In this document: one piece after another, positions 12,413 to 25,300 of the stretch
Numbering within the stretch: the first letter of the stretch is position 1
Layout: each line of letters starts with the position of its first letter
Assembly (NCBI GenBank): GCA_000934665.2
Contig: KZ538217.1
Location: 1-64,000, forward strand
Origin: Catajapyx aquilonaris
Lineage: Eukaryota
Length of the DNA stretch: 64,000 bases
Direction: 5' to 3'
Made by a program: the position numbers and the translations under genes
The notes under the pieces: generated by a model
The model's input: only the letters and a program-made list of their open reading frames with translations
Database searches by the model: none
Told to the model about the DNA's origin: nothing

Positions 12413-13292
12413 ATAAATAAAGAGATTATGTTGCTTACTATGGATGTTATTCATGTGGAGTCAATAAGCAATTCAAAACATCTTTTTTTTGGGTGTGCTT
12501 CTATTAGTTTTGATACACATGTTTACTTCTCGGAGAGAGTTGCGGCAAAATGATGGTGCCGGATAGACTCCATAGTTGATAGTGCACCACCATGTTTGTC
12601 GTAGTTTGCTTTCAAAAGAAGCCTGGATTGATGAGCTGTGTCTTAGATAATAAGAGCCATTCATGGCCATTCACGGTCCAATAAATGGCAAAAGTCAGTA
12701 CGGTTAGTTATCAATACATGAGATCAGAAGTCTGCACCAAGAAGCTCTCATTTCAGACAATTTGTCTTCATTACTGGAGATAATAAATTGTTGCACATAA
12801 ATTTTTCTATTATCACAATTATTATTGCTTGTTTGAGCAAGAAGGAGCCAAATAAAGTGAAGATATCACGTACAAGATGAGTCATCATAACTCTTGGTCA
12901 TCCATTGACAACTAAAGTATAAAAATTTCATACTTTTTTTTTTAGTACCAATCAGGCTAGTTGATAAGCAATTCGCATTTTTCTTGATTAGGTCATTCCC
13001 TCAAATGATCTTTGATTGTAAGTGTCACTGACACCAGGACTTCGCCATAGACCTGTTGATTTTCACAAAGTCATTCAAGTGGAGAATAAAATTATCAAAT
13101 CAGGGCACTGTCCCCCCTTGGTTAATAACCGATATGCGTGCAGTATAATGTATTCCAAAGGGCAGATTATGATATTATATTAAGTCTAGTGCAGCCAGAT
13201 GGCCTCATTGCAACAAATCCTCCTCCTCCATGCAGAAGCTCGAGAGCAGATTGTCAGGACAGACGTGTCGGAAACATTCAGCAAATATTGTC

Positions 13293-14901
13293 ATGTCTTT
13301 TCCAGTGTTTACCATTGACTGCTTCACTTCTGAGCAGTTCAAAGGAAACATAGCCGCAGTTTGTCCACTTGAACAGGCAAGTTTGATTGATTTAAATATT
13401 AGTCTGCCACAGTTTATTGCATGGTTTTATATTTATGAACTTTGTTATTGCCAATAGAAGCTCAATAGAAAACACTTCTCCTGTATGAGTTCAAATTCAA
13501 TTGATAAATGCTTGGTGTTTTTTTGAAGACTAATTATTTCCTGTTGAGGTTTAGTCCTTTGTTATGATTGGTACATGAAATGTGCTATATTGGGAATCAG
13601 ATTAATGCCCAACTTAGACAGGATTATGAAGGGCTTAAAACATTCAGACAACATGTCTAGAGGAGGCCTCTATACTGACCTCTGCATAATAAGAGTGTAC
13701 TCGTGAATGACCTGCATAATTTTAAGCCTCATTACAGCTATAATTATTTCGCTAATACATTGCAGGACATCCCAGATGATGTGAAGCAAAAGATAGCGGC
13801 TGAGATGAAAATCTCAGTGACAGGATTCATCAGCAAGAAATCTTCAAATGGAACCTTCCAGGATTCCACATTTGGACTGCAATGGTTCACACCAACCACC
13901 GAAATACCTCTGTGTGGACATGGAACATTATCAGCCGCAATTGTCCTTTTCCAAATCTACAGCAAGTATTTTTTGTTTATTATTATTGTGAAATAATTTT
14001 ATGCTTAATTTTCATGCATCAATTTTATAGAAAACACACAGGAGGAAATTTTCTTCGAGACTTTGAGTGGAACATTGGTGGCACGCAAGAAGGAAAAGAT
14101 GGTGGTCCTTGACATGCCTCAAAATCCTCCAGATTTCATAAGCCATCCACAGAAGGTGGATCCTATAATTGAGGCCATTGTTGACGATCTTCCTGTGCAA
14201 GATATTTGCTACTCATCAAGGGCTAAGAAGCTTATGATAAGACTGCAAGATTCATGTTCACAGTTGAGTACCCAAATGTAATTGCAAATCTATTAATTAA
14301 ATATCTGACATTTCGTGTAATATTGTTTGTATAGGTTGGATCTAGAGAGGATCAGACCTGATTTTTCTGGCCTCATAGATATGGGAAGAGGAGGTCTGGA
14401 AGGAATGATTGGCGTCATAGTGACAGTCAGAGGAGCTGAACAGAATGGATACGATTTTTATTCGCGATTTTTTGCACCTTGGTCTGGTGTCAATGAAGAT
14501 CCTGTCTGCGGTATGCATTTATTAAATAAAATTTAATATGCAACATTTTTCATACCAACTGATCCTTTAATAAAAAAGAAAATAAATAGGGCATACCAAG
14601 TATAACTAACTCATCTAATCTCATGTAATTTTCAGGTTCGGCTCATACAGTTCTTGGTCCTTATTGGGGCAGGGAGTTAGGCAAGGATAAAATGATAGGT
14701 AAAATCTTTAATTTTTTTTAAATGATTTACACTTCTCAAAGCAAAAATGAATCAACATGCAATAATTTGACTTATGTTTCAGCAATGCAATGCTCTGGCA
14801 GAACTGGAAAGCTGTACATCACACTGAAGAATAACAATAGGATGGACTTGGCAGGAGAGGCAATAATCATGATGCAGGGACACCTTCGTCTCAATATATA
14901 A
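13293..14901 (+). CDS. PBLD: PhzF/PBLD-family protein, copy 3 (6 exons; LCGHGT / EDPVCG; SET motif Glu replaced by Val)
   Basis: Intact frame across 6 exons; EMKISVTGF instead of EMNISETAF; stop TAA 14899-14901. Confidence 0.88.
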
Positions 14902-15581
14902 AATCGCTAATTAAATAGTCATTAACGACTTATTTGGGTGAGGAACATACTCTGATCAAGAAATGCGAGCCTGGTTCATGCATCTGTTTCTGCAAATTGA
15001 TATTAATCTGCATTCTTTTATGCAAACAGTGGCTGTTAAAGACTGCTTTGTCGCAATCTCTTACACTAATCACAATTTACATATTTATAAGTAAACCATT
15101 CAATATTTATCCATGTTAACTTGTTGGGAAAGTTAAAGGTGTGGTCAAACATAAAGTGTTATCTGCCATTATACCTTTATGAAAAAAGGCATGTTTAATA
15201 AAGATTTTTGGTGTATAACAGTAGCTATGTCGATTTTATTTTGCGAAAAATTAATCTCCACGTGCCACAGTTGCTATTGAGGTTCACTACGATACTAATT
15301 TAGGACCTTCCCAGTGACCTCAGTGACCTCTCATTGACTTGATAACAAAACGACTCCTGGTGTTGCCACATTTTCGAGAGAGCAAAAAACAATAAAAGGA
15401 AAAGGGTTACAGGATGTCACAAGATATCTCTTCCAGACTAACATACTCAAGTTTATTCAAGGTCAGATAAATTCTAAAGGTCAGAACAGTTTATCAGCAG
15501 ACGAGAAGCAATTTGCAGGACTATTCAAAGGCACTGGGATCCCCAAAGGCTTTCATTTTGAGCCTCGTCTCAGCTTCAGAC

Positions 15582-16862
15582 ATGTCTCTACCTATTTTCA
15601 CCATCGATGCTTTCACTTCAGAGCAGTTCAGGGGAAATCCAGCTGCAGTTTGTCCTCTAGAAAAGGTAAATTACAGTAGATTTACATAGTTTCAAATTCA
15701 CATTACATCACCATTAACAATGTTTGTCCTTCTGAACTTTTTCCTGGTGAAGCTGCTTGAAGACGACTGTATACAATTATTGTTGGATATACTCAGCATG
15801 AATTTATACCATTGCAGGACATACCAGATGAAATGAAGCAAAAGATAGCAGGAGAAATGAACATCTCTGAAACTGCTTTCATCACCAAGAAATCATCCAG
15901 AGATTCCTTCCTGAAGGACACCACCTTTGGATTGAGATGGTTCACACCTAAAACTGAAGTTCCTCTGTGTGGACATGCAACATTGGCAGCTGCAGCAACC
16001 CTTTTCTACTGTTATGGCAAGTAATTTTTCACATATTGCGCACATGACATTATATTTTTAAAAGAGTTTAATATCAGCTTCTATATATAGGTAACAGTGA
16101 GAAGGAACTGCATTTTGAAACCCTGAGCGGTGTACTGAAAGCCCGAAAAGATGGGTGTCTTGTGGTCCTCGACTTGCCTCAAAACCCACCAGAAGATTTG
16201 GACCAGCCCCAAAAATTGGGCCCTGTCATCCGGGCCATAATTGGTGACCTTCCAGTACAACATGTCTGCTTCTCAGCCAGAGCTAGAAAGCTGCTAATCA
16301 GACTTCAAGATTCATGTTCACAGTTGAGTCTTTAATTTTTTTTAAAGTTGGTTCTGTAGGCACATAATTTATCTTAATTTATACCTATACAGGGAAGACA
16401 TGGACAAGATCAAACCAAACTTTAGCAACCTGATGGAGATGGGAAAATGTGGATTGGATGGAATGATGGGTGTCATAGTTACTCTTAAGGATGGAGACAA
16501 ACATGATTTTGTGTCACGCTACTTTGCACCATGGGTTGGAATTAACGAGGATCCTGTTACAGGTACTAATCCCATGAAGTTTTACTGCAAGTTGGAAATT
16601 TAACCCCTTTTAACATTTCAGGGTCAGCTCACACTGTGCTTGGACCATATTGGGCCAAAGTGCTGGGGAAAAATGAAATGCTAGGTGAGAATCAAATTTG
16701 GCTTTTGAATTAAGACATTGTTATTTTAATTATGTCCCAATAGCATTGCAGTGTTCACCTCGAGGTGGTGAATTAAACCTGAAGCTGCAGGATAATGGAA
16801 GGATTGATGTTGCAGGAGAAGCAGTCGTCGTTCTGCAGGGACACCTGCACATTACAACATAA
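15582..16862 (+). CDS. PBLD: PhzF/PBLD-family protein, copy 4 (6 exons; LCGHAT / EDPVTG)
   Basis: Same motifs and exon structure; closest to copy 1; stop TAA 16860-16862. Confidence 0.92.
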
Positions 16863-17145
16863 AACCAACGACAAAATGGGTCAGGAAATGTATTTTTCCA
16901 CCTGTGATTATTGAACTGATTCATTTCCAAATAAAACAGATTTGTGACGATCTGATAGTTGTCAATATTGTCCTGTGTAGATCAGCTGTAAAGTGTCACG
17001 ACATTTTTAACACAATACAAAAACGTTTCGCATGTAAAGTTTATAACAACCTCATTTATTGCATGACCATTTTTATATACAGTTTCTAACAAAAATTGCG
17101 CATATCCGTCCAGCGTCTGCAAAAATTCCGACTTATTCCCAGCAA

Positions 17146-18065
17146 TTACGATTTGACATCATCTCCCTGTTGTTCACCGTTGCATTTTTCCTCCGAATTG
17201 GCCCGAGTTGATTTCTTCATGGTCATTTGCAGCTTTTCAATTGCACCCCGGTATGTCCTCTGCGAAATTTTGAGTGCACGAAGGACAGACTGTGCCGCTT
17301 TCTCCGGTGGTTCCAACTCCTTTTGGTCCTCCGTACCTTCCGTCTTCACGTCCGTCTTTGTCTCTGAAAAAACGAAACTAGTGTTATACATATGTAAGCT
17401 GCATTTGACTATACGTACCGTCAGCAGTAACTGGCAGGTACTGGTCCACGTAGTTTTCAGCGGCATCCAGAATGGCATCCACGCTGTCCAGTGCCATATG
17501 ACCAATCTTGGTGCTCAGTACCACGTTGGCTGTCGAATATCCGTACTGCCCAAGCTGTTCCATCTTGTGTTTGGCTGGCTCCAGTTTTGTGTTCACGTAT
17601 ATCTTGGTCGTGCTAATAATCTGCAATTTGGGACACGTTATTAATTTGTGGATGTACCCAACCATTTGACTAATTACCTCTTCTGGCTGCAGCTTGATGA
17701 CCGGAAGCTTGTTCTCAATCTCAACCAGTCCTTTGCATGCCAAAGTGTCCATAAGCTCTATTGGAAACTTGAGGCGAGTTGCAATTGATGGTATGACCTG
17801 GTTAGCCACAGCTTTTGCAGTAATCTCAGCCTTGATTAGTGTCTTCTCCACCAAAGGGTTGTAGCCCTGAAAAACACATCCCATTTGTACAAACCAGTGT
17901 GGACAAACAATGCAGCATTACCTTAGCCTTCTCGTACACCTCCGATGCATATCCCCATGCAGAAGACACAGCAGGTATCTCGTAGACAAGTCGGGTGAAG
18001 TTGATGTTTGGAAGCTGCTTCTGGGATGCTTCGGCCATGGCTTTGCTCTGGTTGGTGCGATACAT
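17146..18065 (-). CDS. Perilipin (PAT-domain lipid-droplet protein), short paralogue lacking most of the C-terminal helical bundle
   Basis: RLVYEIPAVSSAWGYASEVYEKAK...DTLACKGLVEIENKLPVIK PAT motif and AENYVDQYLP; 4 coding exons; stops shortly after RGAIEKLQ. Confidence 0.85.
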
Positions 18066-19763
18066 CTGTAAATTGGTTAAATTGTACAGATCAGAACCTG
18101 TTGGGGAAATATCCTGTCACTATAACCCACTCAATGCCCAAGTGCGTCGTGTCACGAGCAGCCACAGAGTGAAGTGCAGTGCACCTCGTTCTTGCTTATA
18201 TACCTTCCTTTCCAAGTACAAATGCGCCAGCAGGTAATATTCACTGCCGCATTTTATAATGGGGAGATAAAATGTCTGTTGTCACATTTGAAGCAGAGGA
18301 TACTAGCCCGCAAAATATACGACAATATATTGGAGACTTTGTGCCCCTATATATAGTATGATTACACTTAATGTCAACAAATGATGTCAGTGAGCAATTG
18401 TCTATATTAATTCGCATGAGACACGAGCCAATTGTGCACCGAGATTGTACTTTAATGTCAAGGTTAGAGTTCCCATGTACTGACAAGGTTCCCATAAAGA
18501 GAGCCCATCCAGCCTCTATTAAACGTGTTGACTAATGTCAAATGCACATGTAATTATCCTGCCACTCTCTACTAGGATGAAGACCACATATGATTCGAAA
18601 AGGGTGGTTAAATAGGTGGCTAAATAATATCAGACAATTTAAAACAGTGCAGGTTTAAGTCAGATCACATTTTAAAATTCCGCCCTTGCAATATTTTGAA
18701 TATGAGGATGGCTACTGTATATAAGAATCTGTGGCTTTTAATCGTTTTACTCGTCGTTTTATTATTATCAGCACCGATTCCACAAATATTTGCAGCTGCA
18801 CCTGATACGCTTCCTGATAATAACTATAACCGAGTACGAATAAGCCAGACACGGTATAACTGTAAAAAATGAAATAAAATGATTGTCACAATTCGATTTT
18901 AGGTTTCGCAGGTTGCAAAGTGATATCAGGCAGATTAAATGGGTAATATCTCACAATTTGAATAATTTGTATAGGTGTTCTTTCCGGAAGGTTTTATATT
19001 TTTGTGTTATAGGCGTGGTTATAGGTCATGCGTTGACTATTTTTAAAATCATTAACCATACAATGTAAATTATTTCACAGCACCAGAACTTGTAGGCTAC
19101 TGTTGAGGCTAGACTAAAAAGCCTCCATTAATACTTGCATGTAAAAGTACATGAGCTCAAAATTACTAATATTTATCGGTTTCCATATTAATCATCTCAT
19201 ATGTTTCAACATTTACATCTAAGATCCCTAGGGGTCTTAAATGGTGAATTGTTCCCTACTGATATTGAAATCTAATTTCGTGGAAAAATGTTTTCATCAT
19301 TGCTTGCTTTTATCAATATTTTGAATTGCAGTCGTCATGCACTATGTTTAGGTCGTTAATATTTTAACTGTGCATCGATTCATTACAGATAGAGTGATCG
19401 AAATTTCAAAGGTTAATCTGGTTGTTGTTAAAGATCTGAGGACCACTTTGATTGGACAAATTTTCGAAACAAACTTTTCCTTGCCCAACACTGATTTTAG
19501 AATCAGGTCATCTCCACTTCAAGAAGGATCGATATTTCATGTCAACATCACAACAGGAAGTCATTGTCACTATGACAAATCAAATAATCAAATAATTTGA
19601 GCACTCAATTTATTGTATAACGCATTTCGAATAATTCTGACAAACACAACTCAGTCTTAAACGTACACACTGGTCCCTAAACAAAAGATACAAAAAAAGT
19701 GGGGTGGATACAATAAACATTATTTGAACAACAAAGAAATAATGGGGACAGGTCGAAATCTGC

Positions 19764-21282
19764 TCAGTCGACGTTGCTGACATCGTCCTGATGATTCGCC
19801 TGGTCCTTGAATCCGTTCTCTTCTGGCCTTGGCTGGGCATCAGGCTTGTGAACAAACCCGTCCTGTTAGTGAGGAAAAGACATATACGATTAGGAAACAG
19901 CCGGGTTCATCCTCCAATCGTGTTATCAGCCAGACAACTTGATAAACTTACCAGCCAGGTGAGAGCAAGGTGCTGAAGTCCGCCTAAGGTCTTGTGCAAC
20001 TGCGCCAAGGTGGACTTGACCTGTGTGATCATAGAGTCTGAGAAGGCCTCCATGTGCGTGGCCTTGACAATCCTGCTGTATACGTCTTCAGCCTGCTTCA
20101 GAGCATCGTCAAACCCTCGCTTCAGATGGGCAGGCACGCCCTGGAAGGTGGTGTACGCCGAAGAGTACACGCCCATCAGACGCCTGGCCAACTGACGAGC
20201 TACTGTGACCGCCAGCTGTTCAGTATTCTTGACCCCTTCCTTGACCTCTTCCTCCTCCTTCAGCACAGCCGCCCAGAAGGCCTGAGCTTGATCCCTCACC
20301 GCTGAAGGATTCAGATGGTGAGCCAGCTGGAGGATGTCCAGGTGTTGGGTCAGAGCCTTGGTGGTCAACTGGGCCGAATGCAGCTTCTCAAGGGCTCCCC
20401 TGTACGTCTTCTGGGAGATCTTGAGAGCACGACGGACCGAGTAGGCCACCTTCACTGGAGGCTCCAGCTCCTTGGATTCCACTGAACCATCCTCATCCTT
20501 TGATTCTGGAAATGCGAATAAATGGTGTCAACTCAAACAAATGGACATGCCCGATGCGAATATGTCCAAACAATGATTCTTACCGGCTTCCTTGATTGGC
20601 AGATAATGGTCCACGTAGTTTTCAGCCACGTCCAAGAAGGCATCGACGCTGTCCAATGCCAAGTGTCCAATCTTGGTGCTCAGAACAACATTAGCGGTCG
20701 AATACCCGTACTGTCCAACCACAGCAGCAGTGGTCTTCAACTGCTCCATCTTCTCAGTGCCATAATGCTTGGCTGGCTCCAGCTTGTTGTTCACATAACT
20801 CTTAGTAGTGCTCAGAATCTGAGTATGAAAAAATAGAGGCCAAAAAACCCTGTTGGTACAATGCTATTTGACAGACTCACCTCTTCCGGTGGTAACTTGA
20901 TGACCGGAAGCTTGTTCTCAATCTCGAATAGCCCTTTGCAGGCTAGGGTGTCAACCAGCTCGATCGGAGCCTTGAAATGTGAAGTTATCGGTATGACCTG
21001 GTTCACCACTGCCTTTGCAGTGGACTCTGCCTTGTTCAAAGTCTTCTCCACCAAAGGGTTGTAGCCCTATACAAGAAGAAGAAAAAAAAAATTTAAAATT
21101 AAAGAGGTCAAATTGGAACTTTCTCACACACTACATACCTTAGCTTTCTCATACACGTTGAATGCATATCCCCATGCTGATGACACGGTCGGTATCTCAT
21201 ACACCATACGAGTGAAGTTCACATGTGGAAGTTGAGCCTGTGTTGCTTCAGCCATCGCTTTAGTCTGGTGGGTACGGTACAT
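19764..21282 (-). CDS. Perilipin (PAT-domain lipid-droplet protein), long paralogue
   Basis: ATG 21282; PAT motif DTLACKGLFEIENKLPVIK and AENYVDHYLP; long helical exon 20500-19952; intron 19951-19863; last exon DGFVHKPD...SNVD*. Confidence 0.88.
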
Positions 21283-21919
21283 CTGCAAATTAACCACCAA
21301 TTAATATATAAAAAATAACCACAAAAAAAACCACCGGAGGTCAAAATGGGCACTAACCCACTTATTGTCCTCGCTTTGAATGAAGCTTTTGCTATGAAAG
21401 CAGCTCGAGTGATGCCAAGAAAGCTCCACCTCCCAGCATATATACTTTCAAACCCCCCCTCTCCCCACCTTCACCCCCCTCTCCCAACATTCCCCAACCC
21501 AACCAATCCTCAAAGACTCGAACCCTGTACCCTACACTTGGGGGGGACACCATAAAAAAATAGCTACGTCATATCAAAAACGTGACTAGTGACTATTAGA
21601 TTAGCAGAGGAGTTTGCAATGTGCGTGATTACATCACAATTACCACTTCCCGGATCCTACGTACACTTCGTATATATTTTTTTGTCTTTTTTTTTGGTAA
21701 GAAGGAGTACAGGGGGCATTGCATTCGTGAAATGATAATGAGGATGGGAAAGAAGTAAAACCGGTTTGTGGAATATGTTGGTTAGACCACGTTGCAAGGT
21801 GTATTCAACCTTCCTAAAGGGTTGAATACACCTTGAGGTTTTGTCATTACGGTAGGTCAAGCACACCCGACAATTACTTTGGCAAAGGTACAACTTGTGG
21901 TTAAACAGCAATAAGCAAA

Positions 21920-22395
21920 ATCAGGCATAGAAAATAATGTGACTTTATAGGCTATACACAAAACCTACAGAATACAAATTTTTGTTGTACTGGAAGCTTT
22001 TTAATTTTAATTATCTTGCCTCATAAAAGTTTATTTAAATTCTGATCATATGAAGTCAATAGCCAATAAGCAGCACGATTATTATTATTTTAAATCAAGC
22101 GTGATGGAAATAAAATAATGTGACTTTACATATGCTCATTTTGTGGTACTGGAAGCTTTTAAATTTCATTAATCTGCCTCATAAAAGTTTATTCTGATCC
22201 ACACATGATCATAATAAACTTTTAAAGGCTTTTAAAGGCGTCCATTACCACAATAGGAGCATTTATGTAAAGTCAGACTATTTTATTTCCACGCCTGATT
22301 TTCTTTAAAATTTAATTTTGCTATTTATTAGATTATTAGATATGATCAGAATAAATAAACTTTTATGATTTGTAAAGTCACATTATTTTATTTCC
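21920..22395. repeat. Degenerate fold-back / inverted repeat
   Basis: AAATAATGTGACTTTA twice forward (~21931, ~22114) and twice inverted (~22267, ~22371); also CATAAAAGTTTAT..CTGATCATAT inverted. Confidence 0.65.
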
Positions 22396-25300
22396 TTTCA
22401 AGTTAGAGGGCCTTCCACTTCATTATTCAGTCAAGTAGTCATATATCAGTATTCATAGTAAGATTTCCTGTTACTTTGATCATGTCAGGTGAGACCCAGT
22501 CTTTGTCCAACAGCAGTTTGGTCACAATTCGCAAATTCTGCTACGAGGGACCTTATACCACAAGAGGAAAAAATGCTAATGTGGCATATGAAATGATTCA
22601 GTGCACATCCTGCATCGCGATTTTTTTTTCCATATACAATACTTGCACGTGCTTGGAAAGACGGACCAGAGGGAAATAAATTGCGCCAATTCCATGAGAG
22701 TCTTATTAGCTTCAATGAGAACAATGCCATCGAGTAACAATAGAGGAGAAAAGAAAATATAGAGGGCAGCAATTATAGGTTAGCATGTACTGTACTTTTT
22801 GAAATCTAGACTGGCCCCCGGGAGGTACTTGCTGTAAATCAACACCTCTTGGGGATCAAGTTGCACGTAGCTTTTTTATATATAAAAAATGAGGACGTGA
22901 AGGTCAGTGTAACACGAAGGTCAGGGCCTGCAAGTCCTGGGAACATACGAAATATTACCTAACCCAGCATGTTCTACAGCTGACATTTGGCATCCCTGGA
23001 GTAATCATATGATTCAAAGCTAATTTGTTCGATTGCCTGCAAACCCTTCGGCTCTATAACATATTTTTATTGCAATTCCGTTATATGCGACCAATACAGA
23101 GCAGTAGTGCACAAATATTATAGTTAAATCTGAATTTAATATAGTATGTTACCAGCCATAGTTCTCTGTGACCTTTCAAGGAAATTCTTCTAACTTTATA
23201 ACCAAGTCATTTCCTGTGACTCATTAGCAATTTCGCGTCATATTGCGTCAGTTTTCTTTCACCTTCGTTAGTACTTGATGAACTTGCTCTTATGACCAAA
23301 GTCCCTGAGGCAATTTACCCAAAGAAACTTAAGAAAATATTGCGTCAAATGTAACTATTGCAAAAGTACACGTGATGAACAATGTGAACAAATATGTTTT
23401 AGCAAGTGCCAGACACAAAAATTCAGCTTGAGCGATTTTTTTGGAAGAAATTAGTAAGTGGAAAATGGCACTCCCAATTATTGTGAGAAAATAGCTTACA
23501 AAATGCTAAGAAAAATCTTGCCGGAGAATAAAATCACTATTAAATAATTCAAAAATACTTTCACTGCACACTGAGAAGTATTGAGCCCCCCCAAAAAAAT
23601 CACTCAAAATATTTCACTGTACTTGTTGTTGCACTTCCCAAGTTCGAGTTTCACCCCACAGTAACCCAGCAATTTTGTTAGAAGTTGCTTCTCTTTTTTT
23701 TTAAACCGGTTTGCTAGGGGAAACAATCCAACTTGCGTTGCACTTTACCTGTTGCTTCTTTTCCTGTGGAGCGTTGGTCTCCTTCTGGAGCGAGAGTGTG
23801 TTTTCCTTTCCTTGCAAGATCACTGTCCCCTTTCTCCTGCGGTTCCAAAAGCGAAACTGGCATATATTTTCTCCTTGCCAACAAGTGAGCTCAGCATCCC
23901 CAACATCAAGGCCCCTCCTCTAAAAATTTTTTTGTGTCACCCCCCCCCCCCCCCCCAGCTGACAGTCTAATTCAATGTCGCCTGGTACTTGACCAAGTTG
24001 AAGGCAAAAGCCAAGCTGTTCCAATTGGCTATTTATGGGGGATCAGTATTAGCATATACGAGTCCTCTAGATGACCTTTCGAGTTTGGACCTTAGCACAC
24101 AGCCACATGTATATATTTTGTTCCCTTTTCTTTTCTTCTATGGTGAAGAAATTTGATGGTGTTAGCGACCTTTGTAACCTCCGAGCATAAAAGGAGACTT
24201 GTTTGCTGCGTGGCTACATGTTTTGCTGGGTAAGGGACGAAATGGACAAGGTCATGTGTGTTAAAGACCATTTCCTCTCATGGGAATAACAATATTAGGA
24301 GACACCACTTATTTATTTGTCTGATATCATATGAACTGTACTACATAGTAGTTGTAGCTACACTACACAGTAGTACCTTCCACCCCCCAAAAAATAAACC
24401 TATAAAATGGTATGAATTAACATATAATCATAGTTTTTACGAGAAGCAAAATTAGCATCAAAATTTTTAATCAAATTCCTGCCAAATTATTTAATTTAAT
24501 TTCTAGCAAATATGTGACTCTTATCATTCTGCAAATCCAGACATCACGTTCTGTACAGTTCCGTACAGTACCAAACTATGCTGCGATTTTTGGACCCCGA
24601 CAGTTGCTTATCGGCTTAAAAATACTGTACAACCAGAACAAAGTGCATTTAGGATCAGACGTATAAAAAAAACGTAAGGCTAAAGAACTGTTACTTTGTA
24701 AGTGGGACACATTCACAGACGACACACACAACACACAAAAAAAGAGTGCGCCCCACTCCTTCCTTAGGCTTATTTTATCGAAACGAGAAGCAGTAAAGGT
24801 TATATTTGAACATCACGTCTGTATTTAAGAGTTAGGCAAGTCAAGGTTTTTCGTCTGGCCATTTCGCACTATCGCAGTCTGGAGATTCGTCGAATACAAA
24901 GGCCTTTGCATTATGTATTTGCAGTGATTCAGACCATTTGTGTACTTTTGCATTCAACAAAATGCTGAAACCATAAAATATCGTGAAGTAGAACATAATG
25001 ATACAATGACCGAGTGACAACATGTATAATATGATTATGAAAATTTGAGGTCAGCTGTCAGACAAATATTGGCTCGGCAGCATGATTCATTTGCATATAA
25101 TGGTACAGTACTGTCCGATGTCCGGTTCAAAGAAAAGAAAGGGCAATAATGATACTTGGTAATTGCTGATTGTTTACACCGTAAGAAGACACACAACAAG
25201 CACTACTTATTATTTAATTATTCATATTATTTAAACCACTATTCATTAATTACTACATATTAATTAATTATTGTTAAAATCCCTAATACTTATTAATTAT

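Noticed and set aside
7601..16862. Recent bacterial horizontal transfer of a phenazine operon
   Set aside because: The genes have five spliceosomal introns each, resemble animal PBLD, and no other phz genes are present.
17096..17644. Long antisense ORFs over perilipin, kinase and prosaposin exons (e.g. 17096-17644, 38201-38644, 55344-55829)
   Set aside because: Shadow ORFs of real coding exons with no independent evidence.
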